A stretch of 64,000 nt of DNA from Spirochaetales bacterium (GCA_016929065.1 JAFGJO010000042.1:16543-80542), one strand, 5' to 3'; positions 10,349 through 23,066 are shown, numbered from the stretch's first letter. Program-made: numbers and translations. Notes: a model not told the origin generated them from the sequence alone.

Positions 10349-11085
10349 TGTTTTGACACCTTCTCATAAACAAACAATACCAGAGGAAGGGAGATTCCCA
10401 GAAAAACCAGAAGAATTGCCGCAAAAAACTGCAATTCGAACATGGCAACGAACACGAAATAAAACATGTCTGCGGCGATAATGATGGCCCCGGTGATCAG
10501 GGAGAACCTCATTTTTTTCCGCTGGACAGAAAAAACGTAGATAAACAGAAAGGAGATGCCAATCCATAAAATCAGGGCAATGGGATGATATTTTATCTGC
10601 GGTTGGAGCGACCCGTGCAGAATCCACGAGGCCATTCCAAACAATACTCCCCAGGGGAGAATTGCCCACCATGCTGATTTCCGGAAAAAGAAGACAAGGA
10701 GGAATGTTGCACCCATCCCGACACAAAAAAAACTCAATGACAAAAATGAAATTATCTGGTCGAACCCAAGGATGACCGTGGTAATACCCGTGGTGATTGC
10801 AGCACCCGCCGGAATGATAAACCAGAACAGGCCCCCATTGCCTCCCTGAAAGAAGGCGAACACGATACCGGCAATAAAAAAGAGAATTCCGATATAATAA
10901 TTGTTCAGGGAGGCTTCATCAGGCAGAATGAAATTTGTCAGTAAAAAGAAAATGCCCGAAAGAATCAGAATTATTCCCAAAAATCCGGTCTTCCAGTAGA
11001 GAATATTACGCTGAATCGTTTTCTTTTCCATATGAATATACAGTCTATCAAATATCATGGTATTTGGGAATGGGTAGCTTGACAA
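10345..11085 (-). CDS. Polytopic membrane protein, hypothetical
   Basis: It has 6 or more hydrophobic segments. A 4 bp ATGA-type overlap couples it to the downstream YkgJ gene. Confidence 0.5.
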   Translation of the reverse strand: MSSYPFPNTMIFDRLYIHMEKKTIQRNILYWKTGFLGIILILSGIFFLLTNFILPDEASLNNYYIGILFFIAGIVFAFFQGGNGGLFWFIIPAGAAITTGITTVILGFDQIISFLSLSFFCVGMGATFLLVFFFRKSAWWAILPWGVLFGMASWILHGSLQPQIKYHPIALILWIGISFLFIYVFSVQRKKMRFSLITGAIIIAADMFYFVFVAMFELQFFAAILLVFLGISLPLVLFVYEKVSKH

Positions 11086-11162
11086 CTCTCATTGAAAAAT
11101 CTGTTGCTTTTTCAAGACACCTGGAATTGTTACGCTTCTGACACAGGCCTGAAAATGAAAAA

Positions 11163-11196
11163 AGCTGTTTCGGTGATTATCAACCGAAACAGCCGG
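11163..11196 (-). terminator. Rho-independent terminator of tkt
   Basis: An 11 bp perfect stem (gctgtttcggt...accgaaacagc) is followed by a U-tract on the minus strand. Confidence 0.55.
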
Positions 11197-11217
11197 AACT
11201 CAATTCATATATTAAAA

Positions 11218-13209
11218 TTATTTTTTAAAATGTTTTTTTATTTTTCCTGCAATCGCCTTTGCGGTAAAACCGTAATGTTCAGCAAGCACGGGATATGCTC
11301 CGGATTCACCAAACTGATCAATGCAGCACAAAAGTCCGTTCTCGCCCGCAATGACGCCCCAACCAGCTGAAACACCCGCTTCGATAACCACGCGCGGGAC
11401 GCCCGGAGGCAGGAGTTTGTTTTTAAAATCTGCCGGTTGCGCGTTAAATCGTTCCCTGTTCGGCATGGAAATAATCCTGATTGAGTCATCCTGTAACTCC
11501 TTCCGTGTATTCAGGGCAACCTCAACTTCCGAACCTGTTGCAATAATCACCATTGAGGGAGAACCGCCTGCCTCCTGTGCTATATATGCGCCCTTTGCAT
11601 AATCATGCTTCCATGAGGCGCTTTCCTTTTTAAAAACCGGAAGGTTCTGCCGTGTCAGGCCGATCATTGAGGGGCCGGTGGTTTTCCTGATCATCTCTTT
11701 CCATGCTTCGATATTTTCCTGCGCATCAGCCGGCCGCCACACGTCAAGTCCGGGGATAATACGAAGTGCGGCAAACTGTTCAACCGGCTGGTGTGTTGGG
11801 CCGTCTTCACCGACATAAATCGAGTCGTGGGTAAATATATAGATTACCGGCAACCCCATGATCGATGCGAGCCGAATCGGCGGGCGCATATAATCAGAGA
11901 ACACAAAAAATGTTGCGCAGAACGGGCGAAGTCCGCCGTGAAGGGCAATTCCGTTTGAGATTGAACCCATTGCATGTTCCCGCACGCCAAAGTTGATATT
12001 GCGGCCGGCAGGAGTATTTGCCTGAAAGTCACCCATATCTTTAAGATTTGTTTTATTTGAAGCGGCAAGGTCGGCACTGCCGCCGATCAGGTTTTCGATT
12101 GCTTTAGCGGTTGCATTCAATATCTGATGATTGGAAATTCTGGTCGCCACCTTGTCATCCACGTTATATTCCGGGAATACTGCCGAATCTATTGCGTCAG
12201 CTGCATTATTCCAGTACGCATCCCATTTTTTTGCAAGTTCAGGATTTTTTTGTTTCCACTCAGAAAACATTTTTTCCCACTCTGTGGTTTTTGTTTTCCA
12301 TCCCTCATGCTTTTCCTTATAATAGGTCACCGCATCCGGATCAACATAAAAATCCTTGTCTTCGGCAACACCAAGTGCTCTCCGTGTCGCCTTGATTTCT
12401 TCCTCTCCCAGGGGTGCACCGTGTACATTATGCGTTCCCGCCATGTTGGGTGAACCCTTTCCGATGATTGACTTTAAAATGATCAGCGTCGGTTTATCTG
12501 TTTCCTGTTTTGCAGTCTGAATATGTTTTAGAATTCCATCCAGGTCATAGGCATCAGCGTGAAGTACCTGCCAGTGATATGCTTCAAACCGCTTTGCAAC
12601 ATCCTCTGTAAACGCAAGATCGGTCGAACCGTCAATGGTTATTTTATTTGAATCATACATTGCGATCAGCTTCCCCAGTTTCAGGTGGCCCGCGAGTGAA
12701 CACGCTTCACTGGAAACACCTTCCATCATGCAGCCGTCACCGGCAATGACAAAGGTGTGATGATCAACAATGGCATGTTCAGCAGTATTGAACCGTTCGG
12801 CAAGCATTCGTTCCGCCATGGCCATTCCCACTGCATTGGCGATGCCCTGGCCCAACGGCCCGGTGGTTGTCTCGATCCCCGGAAGCCTGCCGTACTCCGG
12901 GTGGCCGGCACATTTTGATCCAAGCTGCCGAAAGTTTTTCAGGTCTTCAAAGGGGACGTCATATCCCGAAAGATAGAGGAGTGAATAAATGAGCATTGAT
13001 CCGTGCCCTGCAGACAAGACAAATCTGTCCCGGTCTTTCCATTGCGGATCAGCCGGATTATGTTTTAACACTTCACCATACAGCAACGCGCCGAATTCAG
13101 CCAATCCCATGGGAAGCCCCGGATGTCCTGATTTTGCTTTCTGTACTGCGTCAACCGCCAGCATTCGAATACTTAACGCGGCTTTTTCAATTCCTTTTCT
13201 CATGTCCAT
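11218..13209 (-). CDS. tkt: Transketolase
   Basis: The full-length 663 aa protein carries canonical transketolase motifs, including GHPG and a TPP-binding region. Confidence 0.95.
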   Translation of the reverse strand: MDMRKGIEKAALSIRMLAVDAVQKAKSGHPGLPMGLAEFGALLYGEVLKHNPADPQWKDRDRFVLSAGHGSMLIYSLLYLSGYDVPFEDLKNFRQLGSKCAGHPEYGRLPGIETTTGPLGQGIANAVGMAMAERMLAERFNTAEHAIVDHHTFVIAGDGCMMEGVSSEACSLAGHLKLGKLIAMYDSNKITIDGSTDLAFTEDVAKRFEAYHWQVLHADAYDLDGILKHIQTAKQETDKPTLIILKSIIGKGSPNMAGTHNVHGAPLGEEEIKATRRALGVAEDKDFYVDPDAVTYYKEKHEGWKTKTTEWEKMFSEWKQKNPELAKKWDAYWNNAADAIDSAVFPEYNVDDKVATRISNHQILNATAKAIENLIGGSADLAASNKTNLKDMGDFQANTPAGRNINFGVREHAMGSISNGIALHGGLRPFCATFFVFSDYMRPPIRLASIMGLPVIYIFTHDSIYVGEDGPTHQPVEQFAALRIIPGLDVWRPADAQENIEAWKEMIRKTTGPSMIGLTRQNLPVFKKESASWKHDYAKGAYIAQEAGGSPSMVIIATGSEVEVALNTRKELQDDSIRIISMPNRERFNAQPADFKNKLLPPGVPRVVIEAGVSAGWGVIAGENGLLCCIDQFGESGAYPVLAEHYGFTAKAIAGKIKKHFKK

Positions 13210-13874
13210 TATACATGCCTCCTGTTCACCGAAAATGTATTATTATTGAATTCTATAATGCAATACGCACCCTGGAGTACTGCACCGATATTTACTGTCA
13301 TTACTCCCTGAACTGTTTGTTCACCGGGAGATTCATGAATATGGCCGCAAAGACAGAGTGAACATTCATTGGTCTGTAGAAATGTCCTTACCGCCTCAGA
13401 CCCCACATGCGCTCCGATTTTTATCCTGTCCAAAGTCGTCCCGCGGGGAGGGGCATGCGACACAATTATTTTATGCTCGGCAGCCGTTATCTGCTTGTAC
13501 CCTCTCTCAAGAACACTCCCCAAATCCTCTTCCAACAATTCAAACGGTGTGTGCATCGGTGTCGGATTACTCCCGCCGACCCCGCAAACCCCGATCGATT
13601 CAAACATTTCGCCCCTGCCATGCAGGGAAATCCTTTGCAGTTCAAGCACGTCCAGCACGGCTGCAGAATCCATATTCCCTGGAACGCCGCGCAAAATAAT
13701 TGTATTGGAATATTGTGTACATATATCAAGAACCTGTTCGGCCTCGGAAGGATCACCACATCGGGAAATATCGCCGCAGAGGAGGATCATCCACAGATCC
13801 TCCTCCTGGCAAATAATTTTCTTTACATTCGAAATATTCCCGTGAATATCTGAAAGAGCAAGAATACGTTTCAT
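13209..13874 (-). CDS. Metallophosphoesterase (calcineurin-like, YfcE-like)
   Basis: It has DIHG, GDxx(R)xGD and GHIHE motifs. Confidence 0.8.
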   Translation of the reverse strand: MKRILALSDIHGNISNVKKIICQEEDLWMILLCGDISRCGDPSEAEQVLDICTQYSNTIILRGVPGNMDSAAVLDVLELQRISLHGRGEMFESIGVCGVGGSNPTPMHTPFELLEEDLGSVLERGYKQITAAEHKIIVSHAPPRGTTLDRIKIGAHVGSEAVRTFLQTNECSLCLCGHIHESPGEQTVQGVMTVNIGAVLQGAYCIIEFNNNTFSVNRRHV

Positions 13875-13883
13875 TGCATTTCG

Positions 13884-15275
13884 TTATTTTTTTCTTTTTT
13901 TCTTTTTGCTGACAACTCTCTGAACGCGGGTAATACCGGCTCCGGATGCTGAATCATTTGACGAGTTGTCGCCCGAAGAGTCTGTACGCTCCTGCTCCTC
14001 ACCGCCAGGTCGACGCCCGAACATCTCAATATCTTTATCAAGCATTTTCCTGTTGATCGTTTTATGCCAGATCATGACAATCGGCGAAGCGATGAATATT
14101 GAAGAATACGTTCCGGCAATAATACCAAAAATCATACAAAATGCAAAATCTTTTACCGGACCTGCGCCGAGAAAATACAGCGGTATTATTGCTATAATTG
14201 TGGTCAGGGCAGTAATTGTCGTTCTGGACAGAGACTGGGTAATACTGGTATCGATCAGTGTTCCGAACTGGGTTCCTTTTAAAAGAGTCATATTTTCGCG
14301 GATTCTGTCATAGACCACGATTGTGTCATTGATTGAGTACCCGATAATCGTCAATATTGCCGCAATGGTGGCTGTATTGATTTCGACTTTCAGGGCGCCG
14401 ACAAGCGCAATGATGAACAATCCGTCATGCACCAGTGCGACAATCGCCGCAATCGCAAAGTGAAACTGAAACCGGATGGTTACCCATAACAGAATAAGGC
14501 CGATCGCGATTACCAATGCAAAAATAGAGCCGGTTGCAAGATACTGTGCAAGTCCTGGCCCCAGTGATTCCTGTGCTTTTTTGATGACCGTTCCTTCACC
14601 ATATTTGCTCTCGAAATGCGTGACAATATTTTTGGACAGCTGATCCAAAACAGAATCATCATCGCCTGCTTTGACGACATCAGCATCAACACGGATGATA
14701 TATTCCTGTGCATCGGGTTTTCCCACTGTCTGCAGGGTTGCCTTGGAATAGATTTCGTCGAGTAATCCCCGGACTTCATCAATTTTTGAAAGCGGTGCGC
14801 TTCCTTCCGGCAACCGGTAATTGAAATACAGTTTCTGGTCTTCAGGCAGCTGTGCCTTGAATCCAATGAGCTGGAGCGGAGACACCGTCGTCTCTGCCAT
14901 TTTCTCTATGGTAAACGGAGCTTTTTGATTCTTCAAAAACGCGATCAGCAGATCTATTGTTTCATAATCGGCCAGTTTCACCGTGGTTTTTTGACCGCCT
15001 GCATAGGTATACGTCAGTGTTTCGTTTGTCTCGGAAACATCGAACGTAATAACGCTGGCAAAGTTTTGGGTTCCTGCATCACCGGAAGCAGATAACGCTT
15101 TTATTGAAAAGGCAACCGGTGCAATCTGAATCTGCTGTGAAAGACCGCCCTTGAAGTCAATGCCAAGATTATATCCATTATTGAGATAGGTCCACACAAA
15201 TCCGCCCGCAATGACAATGATTGACATCGCGAACATGAGAAAACGTACTTTTGTAAAGCCTATAACTGTCTTCAT
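13884..15275 (-). CDS. secF: Protein translocase subunit SecF (long periplasmic domain form)
   Basis: It has a GIDFKGG motif and a SecD/F membrane core, and it overlaps secD by 4 bp. Confidence 0.9.
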   Translation of the reverse strand: MKTVIGFTKVRFLMFAMSIIVIAGGFVWTYLNNGYNLGIDFKGGLSQQIQIAPVAFSIKALSASGDAGTQNFASVITFDVSETNETLTYTYAGGQKTTVKLADYETIDLLIAFLKNQKAPFTIEKMAETTVSPLQLIGFKAQLPEDQKLYFNYRLPEGSAPLSKIDEVRGLLDEIYSKATLQTVGKPDAQEYIIRVDADVVKAGDDDSVLDQLSKNIVTHFESKYGEGTVIKKAQESLGPGLAQYLATGSIFALVIAIGLILLWVTIRFQFHFAIAAIVALVHDGLFIIALVGALKVEINTATIAAILTIIGYSINDTIVVYDRIRENMTLLKGTQFGTLIDTSITQSLSRTTITALTTIIAIIPLYFLGAGPVKDFAFCMIFGIIAGTYSSIFIASPIVMIWHKTINRKMLDKDIEMFGRRPGGEEQERTDSSGDNSSNDSASGAGITRVQRVVSKKKKRKK

Positions 15276-17038
15276 TGTAACCGCCTCCAGCTAATGCTCA
15301 ATTTTGATGAGCGGAGCACATCAGTTGAAAAATCGAATAGAATTCGTGAAACGAAAAGGGCCGTAAAGAACGAGGTGACAATACCCACACAAAGAGTAAA
15401 GGCAAACCCCTGGATGCTTCCCTTTGTAAAAAGGGCAAGCACGATACCGGCGATAAAGGTGGTGACATTCGAGTCAAGGATTGTCCAAAAGGCCCGGGAA
15501 AAACCCGCTTTCACTGCTGCCTTTGGTGTTTTGCCAAGATGATACTCTTCCTTGATGCGTTCATAAATAATGACGTTTGCATCGACAGCCATACCGATCG
15601 TCAGGATGATACCTGCAATACTGGTCAGCGTGAGTGTAAAGTTGGTCACCGACAACAGGGTAAGAAGCAGAAAAATATTTGAAACAAGCGCAATGTTTGC
15701 GATGAAACCTGCACCTTTATAATATACCAGCATAAATGCGAGGACGAGAAGCGCGCCAATGATCATCGCATTCATCCCGTTTACAATAGTGTCTTCTCCA
15801 AGACTTGCACCAACTGCAGATGTATTGCCGATAATCAGCGGTACCGGTAAAGCACCGGTTTTCAGAACCTTTGCAAGGTCTTCTGTATCCTGATATGAAA
15901 AATCTCCCGTTACACGGACCTGTCCATTGGGAATGGTGTCTTTTATATACGGATAGGACATAACCTTCTGGTCCATCACCACCGCAAGGAATTTCCCCTT
16001 GTTTTTCTCGGTCAAATCGCGGAACTGGGCAATACCGTCTTTTGTCTCTCCGTTCGCGTCAATATAGGTATCAATCGTAAATTGAACAATCGGTGTACTT
16101 TCCTGGATGTCAACAGTGGCTCTTGCTTCCTTGATCGCTTCGCCAGGGAGCCCAATTTCATTTGAAATCGCGACAAAATTGAGAAGGTCATCCATCCCAT
16201 AGTCATCTTTCCCGTAATATCCGAGGATTTTTACACCGGATTTCAGTTCAAAATCAGCGGGAGGGATAACTTCGCCGTTTGCATTAAACTTTGGCACATA
16301 GGTTGTATTTTGCGCCAGATATTCCTTGAAGGCATTATGCATTTCATCATCAACAAGATGGAATGCGAGTGTCCCTTTTCCAAGAATAACCTTTCGCACC
16401 CGTTCCACATCTGCTGCGCCAGGAAGTTCAACGATAATATTGTCGGTTCCAATCTGCCGTCGGATAATCGGCTCAACCGTACCAAACTGGTCAAACCGGG
16501 ACAACAGCCGTTCCATGGCATCCTGCAGGATCCTGTCCTTGTCGATCGTCACCGTCTTGTCATCAGCTTTCTTGTCGGCAGATTCATTGGTCTCATTCTT
16601 TGCCTGTTCTTCAAGCTGCTTCTGCACATAATTAAAATCTGCTGAAAGCGAAACATTCAATCCGCCCTGCAGGTCCAAACCTAGCTGCATTGTCAAATCA
16701 CGAAGCTGTTTGACGCTTAAAATATTGTCCCGAACCCGGCCTTCGACAGCCGTTTTATATGCCTCGGGATCCACACTTGCATACAGCTTTTCCAAAAAAA
16801 TCCCCTGGCTTTTTCCATAAGGAGAAAAGCCTTCGGATTCCCTGATAAAATCAAGAAACGCGGCATATTCCGCCGCGGCCTTGGTTGTTGCATCCTGTTT
16901 AATCTGAGGCAGAGAACCCAGGGCCAAATCCTTTGATTCTTCCGGGATGAGAAAATACCACTGTATTGTAGGAGAGATAAACATCGCTCCAACAATGAGT
17001 ATGATGATAAGAATTATTATTCTTCCTCGTAAACTCAT
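15272..17038 (-). CDS. secD: Protein translocase subunit SecD
   Basis: It matches the SecD family throughout. Confidence 0.9.
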   Translation of the reverse strand: MSLRGRIIILIIILIVGAMFISPTIQWYFLIPEESKDLALGSLPQIKQDATTKAAAEYAAFLDFIRESEGFSPYGKSQGIFLEKLYASVDPEAYKTAVEGRVRDNILSVKQLRDLTMQLGLDLQGGLNVSLSADFNYVQKQLEEQAKNETNESADKKADDKTVTIDKDRILQDAMERLLSRFDQFGTVEPIIRRQIGTDNIIVELPGAADVERVRKVILGKGTLAFHLVDDEMHNAFKEYLAQNTTYVPKFNANGEVIPPADFELKSGVKILGYYGKDDYGMDDLLNFVAISNEIGLPGEAIKEARATVDIQESTPIVQFTIDTYIDANGETKDGIAQFRDLTEKNKGKFLAVVMDQKVMSYPYIKDTIPNGQVRVTGDFSYQDTEDLAKVLKTGALPVPLIIGNTSAVGASLGEDTIVNGMNAMIIGALLVLAFMLVYYKGAGFIANIALVSNIFLLLTLLSVTNFTLTLTSIAGIILTIGMAVDANVIIYERIKEEYHLGKTPKAAVKAGFSRAFWTILDSNVTTFIAGIVLALFTKGSIQGFAFTLCVGIVTSFFTALFVSRILFDFSTDVLRSSKLSISWRRLQ

Positions 17039-17093
17039 AACTGTTTCTCCGCTCTATTATTGAAAATGGTAAAAAAATCGGGGAAATCGCTTT

Positions 17094-17462
17094 TTAATTT
17101 GAAGATTTTTTCTTCCCGCTGCTCTTTCCCTCTTCTTTATCTTTATCTGTGAGCACCTGGGATACCGCATTCTTGGTAAATTCCATGGTTGTATCTGTAT
17201 CAACTTTTACAACAACCGACTGTTCTTTCACAGCGGTCACTGTTCCATAAATTCCGCCAATCGTAACAATCTTGTCACCCTTTTTCAGCGCACCAAGCAT
17301 ATTCTGCAGTTCTTTCTGCTTTTTATTCTGCGGCCGGATGATCAAAAAATAAAACACGACGATAATAAGTCCGATAGGAGCAATTGTCCAAATCAGATTA
17401 GTTGTAGAATCGCCCCCTTCTGCTGCCTGCAACACAGGCAAATTGAGCAATAAATCAATCAT
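17094..17462 (-). CDS. yajC: Preprotein translocase subunit YajC
   Basis: It has a single TM segment plus the conserved YajC core (IRPQNKKQKE...GDKIVTIGGIYG). Confidence 0.85.
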   Translation of the reverse strand: MIDLLLNLPVLQAAEGGDSTTNLIWTIAPIGLIIVVFYFLIIRPQNKKQKELQNMLGALKKGDKIVTIGGIYGTVTAVKEQSVVVKVDTDTTMEFTKNAVSQVLTDKDKEEGKSSGKKKSSN

Positions 17463-17644
17463 TATATTCCCTCTGTATGTGAAAATTTCAGCTAAAGTAC
17501 CACATATACTCCGGCAGAGTCAAGATACTACCATAGAATGTAAAATGAGTCCAGAGAACGGGTACCAGCTTTGTGGTTTTTTTTAAATCAACCGTGCAAA
17601 ATATAATATTTTTTTTTTGAGATGTGAATAAAAATAAAAAATAA

Positions 17645-18301
17645 TTAATTATTGTCGCTGCGGGTCAGCTTGAGCACCAGCTTGAGACGTTTTGCGAATA
17701 AAGATTCAACGCGCGAGGTCGCATGCCGGGTTTCTTTCATGCGTTCGATCAGATATTCCAGCCCGGACTGGAGTTTTTCCAGCTCCTGCTGATTCATTTC
17801 CTTTAACGGTTCGTGCGATAATACATCCTTGCCCATCAGTTTCAGGATATTCCCGATTTCAGCAAGTGTATAATTACAGGATTGCAGGTCTTTGATGAAA
17901 TTTACCCGGTCCACGTCCCGGATCTGATAGAGCCGAAATCCGCCGTCGGTCCGCTGAAATGGTTTTATCAGCCCCTTTTCTTCCCAGAATTTGATCGTCC
18001 GGGTGTTCACCCCGCCGGCATCCGCCAGTTCCCCAACCGTAAGCATTCCGGAAATAATGCCCTGTGACTTTATATTTTCCTTTGCCGGCAGCCCGACATC
18101 CTTTTTGATTTTCAGAATTTCTTCCAGCTCATACCCCATCGAAATAAATTTCTTGATGGTCTCGCCTTCGCGGAATGCATCCTCCGTGTAAAGTTCCCCT
18201 TCAGTATCGAAGGAAGAAATCAGCTTCATTACACGCCAGTCTGTCAGAGTATCAAGTGAAATATCAAGTTTTTTAGCAAGATCTTTTGCAGCAAGCTTCA
18301 C
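17645..18301 (-). CDS. MerR-family transcriptional regulator with two tandem MerR-type HTH modules
   Basis: One MerR HTH is at residues ~5-30 (LAKKLDISLDTLTDWRVMKLI) and a second at ~95-125 (LTVGELADAGGVNTRTIKFWEEKGLI), with a C-terminal coiled coil. Confidence 0.7.
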   Translation of the reverse strand: MKLAAKDLAKKLDISLDTLTDWRVMKLISSFDTEGELYTEDAFREGETIKKFISMGYELEEILKIKKDVGLPAKENIKSQGIISGMLTVGELADAGGVNTRTIKFWEEKGLIKPFQRTDGGFRLYQIRDVDRVNFIKDLQSCNYTLAEIGNILKLMGKDVLSHEPLKEMNQQELEKLQSGLEYLIERMKETRHATSRVESLFAKRLKLVLKLTRSDNN

Positions 18302-18361
18302 CGGCGCCCCACCAATCCTTACAATAACAAGCCTTTCCCATACTGTTCGTTTCAGGAACAG

Positions 18362-18658
18362 TTATATATACAGTATCCGGTCGATATCATCCACATTTTC
18401 CAGAAGACCAAAAGTTCTTCTCAATTTTTCAACCGACTCAAGCGGATATTTGTTCCCCTCGTTGTAGCACGCAAGAACTTTTTCCAGGTCTTCTGGGCTC
18501 TCATCGTAATATGCCATAAAGACAGCCGGCTTGAAAAAACCTTTTTCCGCCAGTTCCTGTGCATTCAGTCTTTTAAATCTGTTTGTCATCGATTTGCTGA
18601 CAATTGCCGTATTGCCGCTGAATCCGACTGTAAAAATAAAATCTTCCCGGCTGATCAT
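18362..18658 (-). CDS. Small hypothetical protein
   Basis: The start is refined to the internal ATG, with a GGGAG RBS 6 nt upstream. It sits between groEL and the MerR gene on the same strand. Confidence 0.4.
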   Translation of the reverse strand: MISREDFIFTVGFSGNTAIVSKSMTNRFKRLNAQELAEKGFFKPAVFMAYYDESPEDLEKVLACYNEGNKYPLESVEKLRRTFGLLENVDDIDRILYI

Positions 18659-18926
18659 ATATGCTCCCGATTTCCAAAAATATTTCTGTCTTTTCTGTTT
18701 TTTAGAACAATTACCGTCTCCCGGAGACATACACTCATTGTATCATAAAATCCGGAAAAAGCAAAATCTCTGTGCAGGGCATAAACACTTCTGTTCCTGT
18801 TCATGGACCGTACATGTGGTATTGTGCAAAAAAAAAGTGTTTTCTGCAACAGAAGGCGGAATAAAAAAAGGCTGTCCGGCCCCTTTGCAGGGGAAACCAA
18901 ACAGCCCTGAATTGTTTTCCGCTCTC

Positions 18927-20573
<1,647 letters not shown>

Positions 20574-20614
20574 TTAATTAAAATGTTTAATAAAAATATA
20601 CGATTGGTATGTAC

Positions 20615-20643
20615 ATGCACTCCCGTATAATAAGAGTGTGCAC
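20615..20643 (-). promoter_or_regulatory. Degenerate CIRCE-like inverted repeat in the groEL 5' leader
   Basis: The sequence is GCAC(AC)TC-N9-GAGTGC, lying 57-85 nt upstream of the groEL ATG. This resembles the HrcA operator TTAGCACTC-N9-GAGTGCTAA. Confidence 0.4.
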
Positions 20644-20756
20644 TATTTTTTTATAAAGATACATATTCTTTGCGGTATCATCAATAAAAAAATGGAATTT
20701 TTTTTATATTTTCCTTTCCGCCTATTGACTTTCCCTTCTATTTTCATAATAAGAAG

Positions 20757-22484
20757 ATGATGGGAAAAGGCCACACAACGAACCTTTCGATAGGAATCTC
20801 CTTATTGCACGCAAATAAGGAACAATACAGAAACTCGGCTGAAAAAATATTTGCCCTGTTCCCCGAAATACCGGTCACCTGGTGCATCCCCTCGCATCCG
20901 TTTCTGGAAAACCGTGACAATGACTACGGGTATATCATATCGGAAATAAGAGAACGTGCAAAACAAGTCGGGGATGCTGTCCTGCCGGTGGGTTTCTCCG
21001 GTGCTCCGCACCAGCTTCTCACCGAAAAGGAAGTGAAAAAGGAATTAGCCTGGGGAATAAAAAATCCCTGGAAGTCCGGTGTTGCCGATATTTTCAGCAA
21101 TTCCATGCGGTACTTTGTTCCCGTAGAAACAGATTTCAACCGTCAGCAAATCGTCAAACAGTATGCACAAAAAGGGATCAAGGGGATCATACTTCCCGCA
21201 CCTCCCGATTCTCCGTATATGTTCAGAAGAGAACCGGTGTCGGATATACACATATTCAATGCCTTTTCTTTTCTCCTTATGGAAAAAAGAAAACCTGAAA
21301 AAGAACTGAAATTATATTTTCCCAGACCGATTCAGAATATTTTTGTCATGGTCTCGCCGGAATCCGAAGTGCATATCGATCTGCTCATGCTCCTGAGAAA
21401 ATTCCTTGAAAAACAGGCGACAGTATCCTGCTGCTCATTTCCCGAAATTGTCCAGGCAGTGCCCATCCCGGAAAAAAAAATACCGGCTGCAAAAAAGTTT
21501 TTCCCGGGATTGCCTCTGACCAGCGTCCCCTGTGATGATCCGGTTTCGAGAGCACGGCTTTTAAAATCTGCTGCGATACGGCAAAAGGATCCGGACAGTA
21601 ATGATACGGTCAGGGAAATCCTGAGTAATACGGCAACAGCAACAACGGCCGGCAGGGCCGAAAAGCTGCTCGCACAAAAAAAGACTTTGCTGCTTCCTGC
21701 CAGGATTTACACGGCACACATGCCGGGCGAGATTCTCTTGCCCGGACAAAATTTTGATGTAAAACTGAACAAAGGCAAACTTGTTGATTTTTTTTACAAC
21801 GAACACCGGTATTTGCCGAATTTGCCGTCATCATCATTCATCAGCGACAGGAATGTCAAAAAAGAATTTATCTATGACCGGATGTTTTCCTTTGATACCG
21901 AGGACATCCGCGGCCTTGAATCAATATTGAGTTTTGGCGGCCAGAAAGAATCTGCTGTCTGCTCCATCAGTTATTACTTTCACAGTGAGTGCCCATGGCT
22001 TTTCATTACCAGCGATTTCTCTTTTCGGCAGATCCCTTTATCAGGGGATATCTCGGAAATTGCGCCGATGGAGATCCATATCTGCTCCCTGCCCGGCCAG
22101 GAGACAAAATCAATAATTTCCCTGTATCCCGACGGGACAGAATCAAGAACAGAATTCAGGAATGCAAACAGCCGGTCAATCCTCTTTGGTTCGGTGTTTT
22201 CTATTGAACAGGAAGGGAAATACATTGTATTTGGCTTTCTCCCCAATAAAAGCTCTCCGATCATGCCCATCCCTTGTATTACCAGAAGCAACAGGAAGCA
22301 GGCAGTTGTCTCGATCAATCCATTCGGAACCTACAACTATACCCCTCACTTTCCCTATGCAGGATTTGCAGAACAACTGACTTTTTTCATTGGGCTGAGG
22401 GATGAAGCACCCGATAGAATTCCTTTCTTCCCCAATGCGCTTCTCAAAAGCCTGCCCCAGCCTGCAACCATGAGGGTAAAATAA
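20757..22484 (+). CDS. Hypothetical protein (575 aa)
   Basis: A long ORF with no motif I recognise. A possible TTGACT-N16-TAATAA promoter at 20725-20752 lies very close to the ATG, so the transcript might be leaderless. Confidence 0.5.
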   Translation: MMGKGHTTNLSIGISLLHANKEQYRNSAEKIFALFPEIPVTWCIPSHPFLENRDNDYGYIISEIRERAKQVGDAVLPVGFSGAPHQLLTEKEVKKELAWGIKNPWKSGVADIFSNSMRYFVPVETDFNRQQIVKQYAQKGIKGIILPAPPDSPYMFRREPVSDIHIFNAFSFLLMEKRKPEKELKLYFPRPIQNIFVMVSPESEVHIDLLMLLRKFLEKQATVSCCSFPEIVQAVPIPEKKIPAAKKFFPGLPLTSVPCDDPVSRARLLKSAAIRQKDPDSNDTVREILSNTATATTAGRAEKLLAQKKTLLLPARIYTAHMPGEILLPGQNFDVKLNKGKLVDFFYNEHRYLPNLPSSSFISDRNVKKEFIYDRMFSFDTEDIRGLESILSFGGQKESAVCSISYYFHSECPWLFITSDFSFRQIPLSGDISEIAPMEIHICSLPGQETKSIISLYPDGTESRTEFRNANSRSILFGSVFSIEQEGKYIVFGFLPNKSSPIMPIPCITRSNRKQAVVSINPFGTYNYTPHFPYAGFAEQLTFFIGLRDEAPDRIPFFPNALLKSLPQPATMRVK

Positions 22485-22618
22485 ACTCATCTCTTCCTTC
22501 GAAATACACCACATTTTTTTATTCTCATCTGAAAGCACCATAACACAATGGGGTGTACTATATCTGCGAGAGCACGTGTTATCTTTTACCTTTTTATTTT
22601 TTATTATTGGAGGATACT

Positions 22619-23002
22619 ATGAACAATCTGAATCAAATTTTAATTGAGGGAAATCTGGTGAGAGATCCGCAATTCAAACATACACCCAAGGGGACTGCGG
22701 TGTGCACATTTTCTGTGGCGTCGAACCGGTACCTGAAGCAGGATGATGATTATGAACAGGAAGTGTCTTTTTTTGATATTACCACATGGTCACAACTTGC
22801 AGAGTCATGCAATGAGCAGCTCAAAAAGGGCCGCGGGGTACGAATAATTGGACGGTTAAAACAGGACCGATGGCAGGATCCTGAGGGAAAAACCAGGGCC
22901 AGGGTACACATCATCGCTGATCATGTTGTATTCAAACCGGTTTTCAAAGGAAAAACCAGCTCCCCGAAAAAAGAAGCGTCAATACAGACCGGCGCATTCT
23001 GA
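22619..23002 (+). CDS. ssb: Single-stranded DNA-binding protein
   Basis: It has an OB-fold SSB core (LIEGNLVRDPQFKHTPKGTAVCTFSVASNR), with a GGAGG RBS upstream of the ATG at 22619. Confidence 0.85.
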   Translation: MNNLNQILIEGNLVRDPQFKHTPKGTAVCTFSVASNRYLKQDDDYEQEVSFFDITTWSQLAESCNEQLKKGRGVRIIGRLKQDRWQDPEGKTRARVHIIADHVVFKPVFKGKTSSPKKEASIQTGAF

Positions 23003-23024
23003 ACTGCACACCCGGTACCAAAAC

Positions 23025-23062
23025 AAACGGGTTGCCTGATTTATTCAGACAGCCCGTTTTTG
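23025..23062. terminator. Bidirectional hairpin terminator between ssb (+) and the small peptide/hsp20 unit (-)
   Basis: An imperfect stem aaacggg(ttgcc)tga / tca(gacag)cccgttt is followed by a T-run. Confidence 0.45.
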
Positions 23063-23066
23063 TTAT